Below, in pieces: positions 28,674 to 39,264 of a stretch of DNA of 64,000 nt; position 1 is the stretch's first letter, and each line of letters starts with the position of its first letter. The position numbers and the translations under genes were made by a program. The notes beneath the pieces are model-generated. The model did not search any database. It saw only the letters and a list, made by a program, of their open reading frames with translations, and was not told the origin of the DNA. The stretch lies in the NCBI GenBank assembly GCA_964291625.2, contig OZ220089.1, positions 1,216,001 through 1,280,000 of the forward strand. Direction: 5' to 3'. The DNA is from Candidatus Latescibacterota bacterium (GTDB taxonomy: Bacteria > Latescibacterota > UBA2968 > UBA8231).

Positions 28674-29271
28674 CCGCATGCTTCTGGACTTCTTCGCCGA
28701 GGACCAGGTGCACGAGAGCCTGATAGGCGCCTTGATCAGGCGGATCGCGAGGGAGGAGGAGATCCAGGTCACCTGTCGGACGCGTTCGGCCCGGGGAGGC
28801 CATCCACGGGCGATCAAGGAGTTCCGACTCTATCAGAGATTCATCTCCAGCAGTCGACTCGATGTACCGACGCCCGATCTGATCGTCGTGGCCATCGACA
28901 CCAATTGCTCCGAGTTCTCCAGGAGCAGAAGCGAAATCAGGGAGGCGACGCTACCACTCTACGAGCACAGGGTTGTCCCGGCGTGTCCGGATCCGCACGT
29001 GGAGCGGTGGTTCCTCGCTGATCCGCCATCCTTCCAGGAGGTAGTGGGAGCCATGCCCAGTCCGGGCAGGGCAAAGTGCGAGCGCGAGTACTACAAGCAC
29101 CTGCTCACCACAACTATTCGCAGCGCCGGGCACCCCTCGACTCTTGGTGGAACGGAGTTCGCTCCTGATCTGGCAGATGCCATGGACCTCTACCGGGCCG
29201 GAAAGACCGACTCCTCCCTGAAGGCGTTCATGGACGACTTTCGCGCCGCCCTCGAGAGATGGAGACGGTAG
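28666..29271 (+). CDS. DUF4276/TOPRIM-like partner of the ATPase
   Basis: FAED near the N-terminus, VVAIDTN and ERWFLAD. Overlaps the ATPase stop. Confidence 0.6.
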   Translation: MSSRMLLDFFAEDQVHESLIGALIRRIAREEEIQVTCRTRSARGGHPRAIKEFRLYQRFISSSRLDVPTPDLIVVAIDTNCSEFSRSRSEIREATLPLYEHRVVPACPDPHVERWFLADPPSFQEVVGAMPSPGRAKCEREYYKHLLTTTIRSAGHPSTLGGTEFAPDLADAMDLYRAGKTDSSLKAFMDDFRAALERWRR

Positions 29272-29371
29272 GCGCCGCAGGCGGGCGTTCCCCTGCGCAA
29301 CCTGCCGAGAGCACTCAAGCGTCCACCGTACGGGGTAGCTCCAGGATTCCGAAGGACCTCTTGGCACGGCG

Positions 29372-29878
29372 ATGAGACTCGCCGTCCGGACCCGCCGCGC
29401 CGTCGAAGCGGACGTCCCCGCCCTCATCGATCTCGCGCAACGCTCCTGGCTCTCCGGCAACTGCGAGCTGGCCCCGATGGAGGCCGTCCGCCACTGGATG
29501 GAGGAGGACCGCGAGAGCCGGCGCTATCCGGAGATCTGGCCGAGGGTCACGGTCGCGGAGCATTGCTCCCGGATCCTCGGCCTCTCCCATGCCGACGGCC
29601 GGGAGGTCGCCGAACTATGGGTCCATCCGTCCTTCCAGAGACGCGGGATCGGCACTCTTCTGCTGGGGATCTGCGAGGAGGAGATCCGCCGCGCCGGCCA
29701 CGAGATCTGCCGACTGCGTTACACCGAGTACAACGTGGCGGCGCCCCTCTTCTACAAAGCACGCGGCTACAGCGAGGTGAGCCGCTCTCCGGAGAGACTC
29801 CCGTCCGGCGTGACCCGCGACATCATCGTTATGGAGAAGGAGCTCACAGCTCCCCGAACCTCTCCCGCAGGTCGATGA
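29372..29878 (+). CDS. GNAT acetyltransferase
   Basis: LWVHPSFQRRGIG and N..A..FYKARGY. Confidence 0.85.
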   Translation: MRLAVRTRRAVEADVPALIDLAQRSWLSGNCELAPMEAVRHWMEEDRESRRYPEIWPRVTVAEHCSRILGLSHADGREVAELWVHPSFQRRGIGTLLLGICEEEIRRAGHEICRLRYTEYNVAAPLFYKARGYSEVSRSPERLPSGVTRDIIVMEKELTAPRTSPAGR

Positions 29879-30884
29879 CCTCGCCGCTGCGGGCCGACTC
29901 GTACCCCGCCTGCACGATGGCCAGGCTCCTGCGTTCGCCGCGCCCCGAGGTGGGCCCCTCGGCGCCGCAGAGCACGTAGTCGGCGAAGGCCTCGATCTCC
30001 CGCGCGAAGGGCGACAGGGCGTCCTCGGGATAGTCCAGCTCCTGCTGCCGGTCGCCGTCGGCCTCGCTCCACGTCGTGCACGACTCCCGGGTCGCCTGCA
30101 GCAGCCCCCTGTCGCCGCAGATCACCCAGCCGCCCGGCGGCTCGGGGAACCTCACCTCGCAGCTCTGCAGCACCGTGGCCTGGAACCCCGCCTCCATGTG
30201 CAGCAGGCCGGTCATCGTTCCCTCCACGTCGTCCCGCTGGAAGCCGCGGGCGTGGTGCTCCCGCATGTAGACGGAGGCGGCCTCGCCGAGGACGTAGCGG
30301 ACCATCGCCATGGTGTGGATGCCGTGGAGCATCCAGGTGCCGGTCCCGCCCCGCCGCGGGTCGGAGAGCCACTCGCGCCGCCCCGTATAGGCGTAGGTCG
30401 GCCGGGCCCGGAAGCCCGCCGAGACCGAGGCCGAGACCACCTCGCCGATGCGGCGTCCCGTGGCCACCTCCTCCCGCAGGAAGCGCGCCATGGGGTGGTA
30501 GCAGATGCTCTCCGCCACGTAGAGGCGGACCCCGGCGCGGTCGGCGGCTTCGATCATCCGCGTCGCCTCCGCCACCGTGAGGGCCATGGGCTTCTCCACC
30601 AGCACGTGCTTGCCGGCGCCGGCGGCGGCCACGGCCTGCGGTGCGTGTTCGGCATGGGGGGTGCAGATGGAGACCGCATCGATTTCGGGATCGGCCAGGG
30701 CCTCGTCGAGATCGGTGCAGGTCCGCTCGATCCCGAACTCCCCGGCCCGGGCCTTCAGGTGGTCCGGGTCCCGATCCACCAGGCAGGTCACCTCGACCTT
30801 GCGGCCCAGCTCGCGGGCGGCCTCGACCTGCCAGCCCCCCACGGCCCCGACGCCGACCACGGCCATTCGGAGTGTGCCGCTCAT
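29844..30884 (-). CDS. Gfo/Idh/MocA oxidoreductase
   Basis: VGVGAVG and HVLVEKPMA. Confidence 0.88.
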   Translation of the reverse strand: MSGTLRMAVVGVGAVGGWQVEAARELGRKVEVTCLVDRDPDHLKARAGEFGIERTCTDLDEALADPEIDAVSICTPHAEHAPQAVAAAGAGKHVLVEKPMALTVAEATRMIEAADRAGVRLYVAESICYHPMARFLREEVATGRRIGEVVSASVSAGFRARPTYAYTGRREWLSDPRRGGTGTWMLHGIHTMAMVRYVLGEAASVYMREHHARGFQRDDVEGTMTGLLHMEAGFQATVLQSCEVRFPEPPGGWVICGDRGLLQATRESCTTWSEADGDRQQELDYPEDALSPFAREIEAFADYVLCGAEGPTSGRGERRSLAIVQAGYESARSGEVIDLRERFGEL

Positions 30885-30897
30885 CCGGGGATTCCCT

Positions 30898-32282
30898 TCA
30901 GCGGCCGAAGGGCTGCCTCAGCTGCGTCTGCACGAGGCGCTCCAGGATCCGCAGGCGCAACGCCGTCTCGATCTCCGCCACTTCGGGCCGGCCAGCAAGA
31001 TTGCGCGTCTCGTCCGGATCCTCCCGCACGTCGAAGAGCAGGTAGATCTCTCCCTCGGCGTTGAGGGCGGCCTTCCACTCCCGATCCAGCAGCATGACCT
31101 CGCCATCGATCTCGGAGATGGCGAAGTCGCGGTGGGTCGTCTCCGGTTGTGCCAGCACCTCGCGCAACGACTTCCCGAACTGGCGGTGCGCCAGCTCTCC
31201 GCCGGCCAGCTCGACAAGCGTCGGACCGATGTCGATCCACTCGACCGGGCTGTCGCAGACGCTCCCCGCGTTGGCGCCGCCCGGGGTCCGCACGATCAGC
31301 GGGATGCGCACGGCGCCGTCGAGGAAGTTGCTCTTGTAGATGAGCCCGTGGTCGCCGTTCATCTCGCCGTGGTCGGAGGTGTGGACGATGACCGTGTTGT
31401 CGAGCTCCCCCCGCGCCTCGACCGCGTCGAGGATCTCGCCGATCTGGTCGTCGATGAGGGTGAGGTTGCCCGCGTAGTCGGCGCGTAGCCTGCCGACCTC
31501 ACCCGGTTCGAAGGCTGGATTCATCCGCGCCATGAGCCTGTCCAGCTGTCCGCGGGGACGCTCGCCGGCCGGCTGGCGCGGTATGGCGGGCGGCATCTCC
31601 CCCGGGTCGTACATGCAGGCGTAGGGCTCCGGCGTGTCCCACGGCTCATGGGGTCCGCCGAAGCTCACCCAGCAGCACCACGGCTCCTGCCGGTCGTAAC
31701 CCTGCAGGTACCGCTTCGCCTGCTGGCCCACGTAGACGTCGGCATAGTCCTCGAGTCCCAGCGTCGACGGGCGCACGAGGTGAGGCTTGGTGCGGAACCG
31801 CTCCCGGTAGTCGGCCCGGTAGGCTTCCCACAGCCCCTTCGCCTCCCAGCCGGCGGTCATGTGCGACAGGACCTGGGCGCTGGCCCGGGGGCCCCCGATC
31901 TCGTCGACGTCGTCCAGGCCGTAGGCATGCATCAGGCCCTCGCGGTCGCGCAGGTCGCCTTGGTGCGGGTGGAGGTGGGTCTTGCCGAAGAGGCTGGTCC
32001 GGTAGCCGGCGCCGCGCACCGCCTGCATCCACGTGGGCGCGTCGGCGGGCATCTGGTGTTGCATGTTGTTCCAGACGCCGGTGTTGTGGGGATACAGGCC
32101 GGTGGCCAGGCTGAGGCGCTGGGGATGCAGACCGGCGAGGTGGCGACGCAGTTGGTGAAGCGCACCCCCTCCGCGGCCAAGCGGTCCAGGTTCGGCGTCC
32201 GCACCCAGCCGCCGCTGCAGCCCATGGCGTCCCAGCGCTGCTGGTCGGTCATCAGGAGCAGGATGTTCGGAGCCCTGGTCAT
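30898..32282 (-). pseudogene. Sulfatase split by a one-base frameshift (pseudogene or sequence error)
   Basis: PNILLLMTDQQRWD...SPVCIP in one frame, then RLSLATGLYPH, GKTH, PHEP and TSDHGE in another. Shift at about 32120. Confidence 0.8.
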
Positions 32283-32340
32283 GGCCCGGTCAAGTTAGGG
32301 CGGGTTGTCCCGCGGATCGACCGCCCTATCTTGGACCCCC

Positions 32341-33642
32341 ATGGCACGCGGAGACATCTTCCCCTCGGAGAAGCGCGAGTTCACCCAGCCGGAGACCGGC
32401 GTCCGCGCCGTCCAGCTCACCAGCGCCGCCTGCGCCAACGTCAACGCCTACTACAACTACGAGCAGTTCATCGGCGACAGCGTGGTCTTCTACTCCGACC
32501 GCAGCGGCGTGCGGCAGATCTACAAGGTGGAGATCGACTCGGGGAAGATCGTCCAGCTCACCGACGCCCCGACCGACGTCGGCAACTTCGCCGCGGTGCC
32601 CCACCAGGGCCGGGTCTACTACGCCTCCGGCGACGAGGTGCGGGCCCTGGACGCGGAGACCCTGGCCGACGAGCCGGTCTCCGGGCGCCTGCCGGGCTGC
32701 GGACGGCCGGGGCTGGAGGACGTCTCCTCCTGCGGGCGCTTTCTCGTGATCAGCGCCCGGCCGGAGCAGGTGGCCGACGAGACCCGGCCGGACACCTCCT
32801 TCCGTTACGGCAGCTGGAACCGGGTCGTCCTGTGCGACGCGGAGCGGGGCGAGCAGGCCGTGGTCTACGAGGGGCCCTCGACGGAGGTGCCGGTGGCCGC
32901 CGACAGCCACCTCTTCATCAGCCGCGACGATCCCTCCTTCGTCTGGTGGGGCAGCTATACCCGCCTGCCGCCGGCGGGCTTCAAGACCGCCTGGGCCCTC
33001 GAGTGCGACACCGACGTCCTGGCGGCGCGCCGCCACCCCCGGCCCCTCTTTCGCCAGCTCCCCTGGGATTTCATCAACCACTACTACCCGGCCCCGGACG
33101 CCCACGCCGAGATGCTCCTCTACCAGTACTCCGGGTATGAACGCGACGGCATGCCCCTGGCCGACCTGTGGAAGGGATTCGTCAGCCGCAAGGGCGAGTA
33201 CCTGGGCTTCATGCTCGACGCCGATCTGCGGACGGGGACGGCGCGCCGGTGGCTGTTCCCCGGGCAGCCGCCGCTGCACTTCCAGCGCAACCGGGCCGGC
33301 GACCTGTGGGCCGGCGACACCGCCGACCCGGGGTTCCTGTGGTTTGAGGGGCGCGACGACGAGGCGCGCCGCCTCGAGGAGGTCGATCCCGAGGCCTGTC
33401 CCCCCCTCCCGGAGAACCACGACTACCACTGGCTGGGGTCGGGCGCCTGGATCGGGGTCTTCAAGAAGCGCGGCGCCTTCCTCGAGATGAGGCCACTCGT
33501 GCGCCACGACACGCAGTGGGCCCACGTCCATCCCCACCCCTCGTTCTCGCCGGACGGCCGCTGGATCGTCTACGCCTCGGGGGACCGGACCCAGTCGCAG
33601 GTCTTCGTGGCCGAGGCCGTCTGGCCCCGCTGGTTCGCCTGA
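32341..33642 (+). CDS. Oligogalacturonate-lyase-like / TolB-like beta-propeller protein
   Basis: TGVRAVQLT, FYSDRSG and HPHPSFSPDGRWIVYAS. Confidence 0.7.
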   Translation: MARGDIFPSEKREFTQPETGVRAVQLTSAACANVNAYYNYEQFIGDSVVFYSDRSGVRQIYKVEIDSGKIVQLTDAPTDVGNFAAVPHQGRVYYASGDEVRALDAETLADEPVSGRLPGCGRPGLEDVSSCGRFLVISARPEQVADETRPDTSFRYGSWNRVVLCDAERGEQAVVYEGPSTEVPVAADSHLFISRDDPSFVWWGSYTRLPPAGFKTAWALECDTDVLAARRHPRPLFRQLPWDFINHYYPAPDAHAEMLLYQYSGYERDGMPLADLWKGFVSRKGEYLGFMLDADLRTGTARRWLFPGQPPLHFQRNRAGDLWAGDTADPGFLWFEGRDDEARRLEEVDPEACPPLPENHDYHWLGSGAWIGVFKKRGAFLEMRPLVRHDTQWAHVHPHPSFSPDGRWIVYASGDRTQSQVFVAEAVWPRWFA

Positions 33643-33674
33643 GGCTGCCACCGCCGGCGCGGCCCGGGTGACGC

Positions 33675-34376
33675 ATGCCCTTCGAGATCGCCGCCGATCC
33701 CGACACCGACTACCGCGAGCTGGTCCGGGCCGCCTATGACCGCTGCGCCGAGGCGTATGCCGGACAGCGGCTCGCCGCGGCCGGCCCCGAGTTGGGCTGG
33801 ATCACCGGGCGCCTGACGGCGGGTTCGAGGATCCTCGACGTCGGCTGCGGCGCCGGCGTTCCCGTGGCGGCGCAGCTGGCGGCGGAGTTCCGCGTCACCG
33901 GCGTCGACATCTCCCCGAAGATGACCGCCCTGGCCAGGAGGAACGTCCCGTCCGCCAGGATCGTCACCGCCGACGCCACACAGATCGACTTCCCTCCGGG
34001 CAGCTTCGACGGGATCGTCAGCTTCTACGCCGTCTTCCACGTGCCGAGGCAGGACCACCCGGAACTCTTCCGGCGGTTCGCCCGGTGGCTGCGGCCCGGC
34101 GGGCTGCTGCTGGTCACCGTCGCCGCCAGGGACGACGGCCCCGGGTACACCGAGGACGACTTCTTCGGGCAGACCATGTACTGGAGCAACTTCGGGCCCG
34201 CGGCCTACAGGCGGTTCCTGGCCGAGGCGGGGTTCCGGATCGAGCGGGAAGGCGTGATCGGCGGCGGCTTTGCAGGCGCCGAGGCCCAGGAGGAAGTCCA
34301 CCCGATCCTGCTTGCCGTCAGGGGCGAGTCCGGGTCGCCGGGCGCGGAACCGAACTCGAGCGCCGGGCGGCCATAG
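33675..34376 (+). CDS. Class I SAM-dependent methyltransferase
   Basis: ILDVGCGAGVP, YAVFHVPR and WLRPGG. Confidence 0.88.
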   Translation: MPFEIAADPDTDYRELVRAAYDRCAEAYAGQRLAAAGPELGWITGRLTAGSRILDVGCGAGVPVAAQLAAEFRVTGVDISPKMTALARRNVPSARIVTADATQIDFPPGSFDGIVSFYAVFHVPRQDHPELFRRFARWLRPGGLLLVTVAARDDGPGYTEDDFFGQTMYWSNFGPAAYRRFLAEAGFRIEREGVIGGGFAGAEAQEEVHPILLAVRGESGSPGAEPNSSAGRP

Positions 34377-34405
34377 CCGGCGACTGCAACCGAGAGGAGC
34401 GATCA

Positions 34406-35341
34406 ATGGAGCGGCGACCGATGACGGGCATGCCGGAGGGAGTCTCCGTCATCACCCTGGGGACCATGCTCTTCGGCCGTCCCGTCCCCCGGCCGGACGC
34501 CATCGACCTGGTGCACGCGGCCCTCGACCTCGGCGTCAACCTCTTCGACACCGCCGACATCTACGAGGGCTACGACCGCTACCTCGGCTCGCCGGGCGGC
34601 GTGGCCGAGGCGATCCTGGGCGAGGCCCTGCGCGGGCGGCGCGACCGGGCGTTCATCACCACCAAGGTGGGCAACCCCGTCGGCAGCGGTCCGGACGGCG
34701 ACCATCCGGCGGGCGCCGACTACTTCGGCACCGGTCTGGGCCCGGCCCACGTGGAGCAGCAGATCGACGCCAGCCTGCGGCGCCTGCAGACCGACTACGT
34801 GGACTACTACCTGCTGCACATCGCCGACGCCGAGACGCCGCTGGAGGAGACCCTCGCCGCCGTCGACCGGATCGTCACCGCCGGCAAGGTGCGGCACTGG
34901 GGGTTCTCCAACTTCGACGCGGACCAGATCGAGACGATGCTCGACCTCTGCCGCGGCGGGGCGGCGCCGCCGCCGGTGATGGCCCAGCCCCAGTACAACT
35001 GGCTGGAGCGGGACCTCGAGTCCGGGTACCTGCCCGTCTGCCAGCAAGCCGGCATCGCCATCACCCCCTACCGGCCGCTGGCCGGCGGCCTGCTGAGCGG
35101 CAAGTACCGGCGCGGCAGCGCGCCCCCGGCCGGCAGCCGCGCCTCGGAGTCGGCCTGGATCGACGAGAGCGAGATCCCCTACCAGGAGTTGGAGCCGTTC
35201 CACGACGAGGCGGCCGCCGCGGGTGTCCCGCCGGCATGCTACGCGGTGCGCTGGCTCCTCGACAGGCCGGGCGTGGTCTCAGTGGTGGCCGGGGTCAAGT
35301 CGCCGGCGCAGCTGGAGGAGCTGGCCGCCTGCGTGCGGTAA
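34406..35341 (+). CDS. Aldo/keto reductase
   Basis: LGTM, DTADIY, TKVG, SLRRLQTDYVD and PLAGGLLSGKY. Confidence 0.9.
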   Translation: MERRPMTGMPEGVSVITLGTMLFGRPVPRPDAIDLVHAALDLGVNLFDTADIYEGYDRYLGSPGGVAEAILGEALRGRRDRAFITTKVGNPVGSGPDGDHPAGADYFGTGLGPAHVEQQIDASLRRLQTDYVDYYLLHIADAETPLEETLAAVDRIVTAGKVRHWGFSNFDADQIETMLDLCRGGAAPPPVMAQPQYNWLERDLESGYLPVCQQAGIAITPYRPLAGGLLSGKYRRGSAPPAGSRASESAWIDESEIPYQELEPFHDEAAAAGVPPACYAVRWLLDRPGVVSVVAGVKSPAQLEELAACVR

Positions 35342-35348
35342 CCCGGCC

Positions 35349-36329
35349 ATGGGCGTTCGCGTAGACTGCCAGACCCACGTGATCCCCCGGGAGTACGCGG
35401 AGGTCCTGGCGCGCAATCCCGAGTGGCCGCGGACCGTGATCGAAGGCGACCGCTACGTCCTCACCTACGGGGACGCCCAGACCTTCGTCATGGAGGGCGA
35501 GGCGTACAGCCTCGAGCGCAAGCTGCGCGACATGGACGAGGCCGGCGTCGACGTGAGCGCCCTGAGCGTGAACATGCCCGGCCCGGAGAACCTGGCGCCG
35601 GATCTGGCGGTCCCCGCCGCCCGCGCCGCCAACGACGGCCTGGCCGAAGCCGCGGCCCTGCACCCGGACCGCTTCGTCGGCCTCGCGTGCCTGCCCTGGC
35701 AGGAGACGGCGGCCGCCCTGACGGAGCTGGAGCGCGCCGTCGTCAGCCTCGGCCACCGGGGGGTGATGCTCTACTCGCACATCACCGGCGTCCCGGTCGA
35801 CGACCCGGCGCTGGATCCGCTCTACGCGCGCATCTCCGAGCTGGGTGTGCCGGTGGTGCTGCATCCGAGCGTCCCGACCTGGGGCGGTGCCATCCGGCGG
35901 CACTCCATGATCCCCATGGCGGGCCTCATGGTGCACCAGAGCTTCGCCACCCTGCAGCTGATCCTGGGCGGCGTCCTCGAGCGCCATCCCCGGCTCAAGG
36001 TGGTGCAGCCCCACTGCGGCGGCGTGCTGCCCTACCTGTGGGGCCGCGTCGTGCACCAGACCGACACCATGGGCCGCGGCCGGGAGAGCATCAGCCAACC
36101 CGTGGGCGCCTACTACGACCGGGTCTACCTCGACGTCGTCTCCCCCTCGCCGCTGGCCCTGAAGCTGGCGTACGACTTCGCCGGCAGCGGCCGCCTGCTC
36201 TTCGCCAGCGACCACCCATGGGTCCGGATCGAGGTGCTCAGCCGGCTGGTGGAGGAGCTGGACATCCCCGCCGGGGAGAAGGACCTCATCTTCGGCGGCA
36301 ACGCCTGCGCCCTGCTCGGCATCGAGTAG
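35349..36329 (+). CDS. Amidohydrolase_2 family protein
   Basis: DCQTH, VLHP, PHCGG, LFASDHP and GGNA. Confidence 0.85.
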   Translation: MGVRVDCQTHVIPREYAEVLARNPEWPRTVIEGDRYVLTYGDAQTFVMEGEAYSLERKLRDMDEAGVDVSALSVNMPGPENLAPDLAVPAARAANDGLAEAAALHPDRFVGLACLPWQETAAALTELERAVVSLGHRGVMLYSHITGVPVDDPALDPLYARISELGVPVVLHPSVPTWGGAIRRHSMIPMAGLMVHQSFATLQLILGGVLERHPRLKVVQPHCGGVLPYLWGRVVHQTDTMGRGRESISQPVGAYYDRVYLDVVSPSPLALKLAYDFAGSGRLLFASDHPWVRIEVLSRLVEELDIPAGEKDLIFGGNACALLGIE

Positions 36330-36334
36330 ATCCC

Positions 36335-38422
36335 ATGCACTACGCGCTCTTTGCACTTCTGCTCCTGGTCGCTCCACGGGGAGCGGCCGCCCTGACCTGG
36401 GAATTCGACGACGGCTCCACCTGGGGCTGGGCCGCCCGGCCAACGGTTCCTCCCATGAATCGGGAAGGCACCAACGCCCCACTGCACAGCGAGGTCGTCG
36501 ATGGCGTCTGGCGCCTGGCGCTGGTACCCGGGCAGTACCCCATGGTTCAGTTGATCTCGCCGGTGATCGGCGAAGACTCGGCCCTCTTCGACCGCCTCAC
36601 CCTGCGGATGCGCTTCATCCACCACAGCCCCATCGAGGGCCACCTCTGGATGCACTGGTCCAATGTCAAGTACAACCGCCGCACCGACTTCAGCGTGAAT
36701 GCAGCGAGATTTCGCGAGGAACGCCGTCAACTCTATCCCATCGAATGGGAAGAGATCACCGTCGATCTGCGCGCCCTGGCGGAAGCAGGTCCAGCGGTCC
36801 GGGACTATCCGGCCACCTGGGAGGATACCCTCTTCAATTTCCATCTGACCATGTGGGGCTCTCGGGACGTGGATGACTATCCCACGTTCCTGGAGATAGA
36901 CAGCATCCAGCTCACAGGAGCCGCAGAGTCGGCGCAGGGGGAACTGGTCCCCAGGGATATCGCGGTGGAGGTGGGCCCTCCCGGCACGTTGTTCGCCGCC
37001 CTCGACTTCAACTCCTTCGGAAGCCCCATCAGGCGGTGGCATGGCGGTGCGGTGGGCGACATCGACGACGATGGCGACGCGGATTTCGCAGCGGCCTGGG
37101 TACGTTACATGGACGGCGAAGCCCAGATAGGCTGGCTCATGGCCTCCAACGACGGGCTGGGCCGCTTTGAGCCCACCCGGGAGATTCCCCTCTCAGCCTC
37201 AGCCTTCTGGAATGACCCCTATGGACTCGTCAGCCTTCAGGGAGGCGACTTCGATGGCGACGGACTCCTGGATCTGGTCGTCAACAAGGGCCGGTTCGTC
37301 GAGGTATGGTACAACTGGGGAGACGAATACGATCCCACCCTCGAACTGGCCAAGGTCCGGCCAATGGGCCTGGCCGATGGGGATGGTGACGGCCATGTGG
37401 ATCTGTGGGTCGTGGGGCATGACGCGGAATCGTCCTACGTGACCCTGTGGCGCGGCGAAGCCTACGGCCTCTTCGGTAGCGATAGACTCGACTACGACAG
37501 CGAGGAGATGGCCCCCTACCTGCCCGCCGGACAACCCCTGGGCGAAGCCGCCGTCCTGGTGCGGGTCCCACCCTGCGGGCAGCGACTCTGCAACCCCCGA
37601 ATCTGGACACTGACACGGCCGTGGGCAGCCGTTCAGGAACCCCCGCTCGTTGTGGAGGTTCCGGGCTATTCCTCCGTGCTGGCCGACTTCGACGGCGACG
37701 GGATGGTGGACCTGCTCGGATTCCCCGAGAGCATTGCGACGAACTTCGGCACCCGGGGCTATGGCCTGGCCCTGTGGCTTCTGGACGCCTCGGGCGGGTT
37801 GACGCGCCACTCCCTGCTCGACTGGAAGGTGCTCCCGACAGGCATGACCACCGCTGATCTCAACGGCGATGGACTCCCGGACATTGCGATGGTCGCCGGC
37901 AACCTGCCCGTCGGTCCGGCCCTGATGGTGTGGCTCGGCCGGGCTGACGACATACCCGCTTTCGAAGGCTGGTACCCCCTGTCCGGAGAGGGTGGTCAGA
38001 TCCTCACCGGCGACGTCAACGGCGATGGCGACACCGATCTGGTCGTGCTGGGAAAGAGCGCCGGGAGCGACCTCGGCGGCGTCTTCGTCTTCATCAACCA
38101 GGGCACGGCCAGCGCCGTGGCCGGCGAGACAGCCACGCCAACGGCCTTTGCCCTGGGTGCCAACTATCCCAACCCGTTCAATCCCGGCACCACCATCCCC
38201 CTGGCCGTGCCCGATGGCGCCAGGAACGTGGACCTGGCGATCTACAACGTCCTGGGACAGCCGTTGCGCCAGGTGTGGACGGGTCCGCTGCCAGCCGGCC
38301 AACACGAGCTGACGTGGGATGGCCGGGATGGGCGGGACCGACCCGTCGCCGCCGGAGTCTACATGTACCGGTTGCAGGTGGACGAGCAGACGCGCGCCCG
38401 CAAGATGGTCAAGCTCGAGTAG
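36335..38422 (+). CDS. Secreted FG-GAP/VCBS-repeat protein with FlgD-Ig/T9SS-like CTD
   Basis: Signal peptide, six DxDGDGxxD-type repeats and NYPNPFN...WDGRD CTD. Confidence 0.85.
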   Translation: MHYALFALLLLVAPRGAAALTWEFDDGSTWGWAARPTVPPMNREGTNAPLHSEVVDGVWRLALVPGQYPMVQLISPVIGEDSALFDRLTLRMRFIHHSPIEGHLWMHWSNVKYNRRTDFSVNAARFREERRQLYPIEWEEITVDLRALAEAGPAVRDYPATWEDTLFNFHLTMWGSRDVDDYPTFLEIDSIQLTGAAESAQGELVPRDIAVEVGPPGTLFAALDFNSFGSPIRRWHGGAVGDIDDDGDADFAAAWVRYMDGEAQIGWLMASNDGLGRFEPTREIPLSASAFWNDPYGLVSLQGGDFDGDGLLDLVVNKGRFVEVWYNWGDEYDPTLELAKVRPMGLADGDGDGHVDLWVVGHDAESSYVTLWRGEAYGLFGSDRLDYDSEEMAPYLPAGQPLGEAAVLVRVPPCGQRLCNPRIWTLTRPWAAVQEPPLVVEVPGYSSVLADFDGDGMVDLLGFPESIATNFGTRGYGLALWLLDASGGLTRHSLLDWKVLPTGMTTADLNGDGLPDIAMVAGNLPVGPALMVWLGRADDIPAFEGWYPLSGEGGQILTGDVNGDGDTDLVVLGKSAGSDLGGVFVFINQGTASAVAGETATPTAFALGANYPNPFNPGTTIPLAVPDGARNVDLAIYNVLGQPLRQVWTGPLPAGQHELTWDGRDGRDRPVAAGVYMYRLQVDEQTRARKMVKLE

Positions 38423-38424
38423 CC

Positions 38425-39264
38425 ATGACAATCGCCATCGACGCCGACCAACGCCGGAAACTGCTGCGAGACGGGTTCTGCCTGTTCGAGCAGGTCCTCG
38501 ACGGCAGGCTGCTCGACCGGACCCGCACGATCGCCGACGCCCTCCTCGACCGGCAGCCGCCGGAGCATTTCGAGCAGCAGAAGTCGACGGGCAGCATGAT
38601 CTCCGTGTACGACGACCCGGCTTTCGCCGAGCTGGTGAGCTGCCCCGCCGCCATCGACGCCCTGGGCCGTCTCGGCTTCCCGCGGCCAAAGTGGTGGTCG
38701 GGGTTCGTCATCAGCAAGCCGGCCCACTCTCCGCCGCTGTTCTGGCACCAGGACTGGTGGGGCTGGAACCACCCCGTCAGCTACGGAGACCCGGTGCCGC
38801 AGCAGCTCTTCCTGATGTACTACACGGTCGACACCGCCCCGGGCAACGGCTGCCTGCGCCTGATCCCGGGATCGCACCTCGAGCGCCATCCATTGCACGA
38901 CGCGGCTCCCAACGCCCACACGAACGCCCTGCGGGAGATGGAGGACCCTCGCAGCCCGGTCTACCAGGCCGTGGAGGAAGCCGTCGACGTGCCGGTGCGG
39001 GCCGGCGACCTCGTGATCGGGGACTCGCGGTTGCTGCACTCGGCCCACGGCAACGACTCCGCCCAACGCCGCACCGTCATCACCCTGTGGTACTTCCCCG
39101 CCTTCGACCAGCTTCCCGAGTCGATCCGGTCCTACATCATCAGCGACCGCAAGATCGACACCTGGCCCGCCGGGACGCGCCGGCGCCTCGCCCACCTCCT
39201 TCCGGAGTACGACGGCGGCGCCCGGCCGATCGAGTGGAACCGCATCCCCGGACCCGCCCTGTGA
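38425..39264 (+). CDS. PhyH-family dioxygenase
   Basis: WHQD, NGCLRLIPGSH and LLHSAHGN. Confidence 0.88.
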   Translation: MTIAIDADQRRKLLRDGFCLFEQVLDGRLLDRTRTIADALLDRQPPEHFEQQKSTGSMISVYDDPAFAELVSCPAAIDALGRLGFPRPKWWSGFVISKPAHSPPLFWHQDWWGWNHPVSYGDPVPQQLFLMYYTVDTAPGNGCLRLIPGSHLERHPLHDAAPNAHTNALREMEDPRSPVYQAVEEAVDVPVRAGDLVIGDSRLLHSAHGNDSAQRRTVITLWYFPAFDQLPESIRSYIISDRKIDTWPAGTRRRLAHLLPEYDGGARPIEWNRIPGPAL

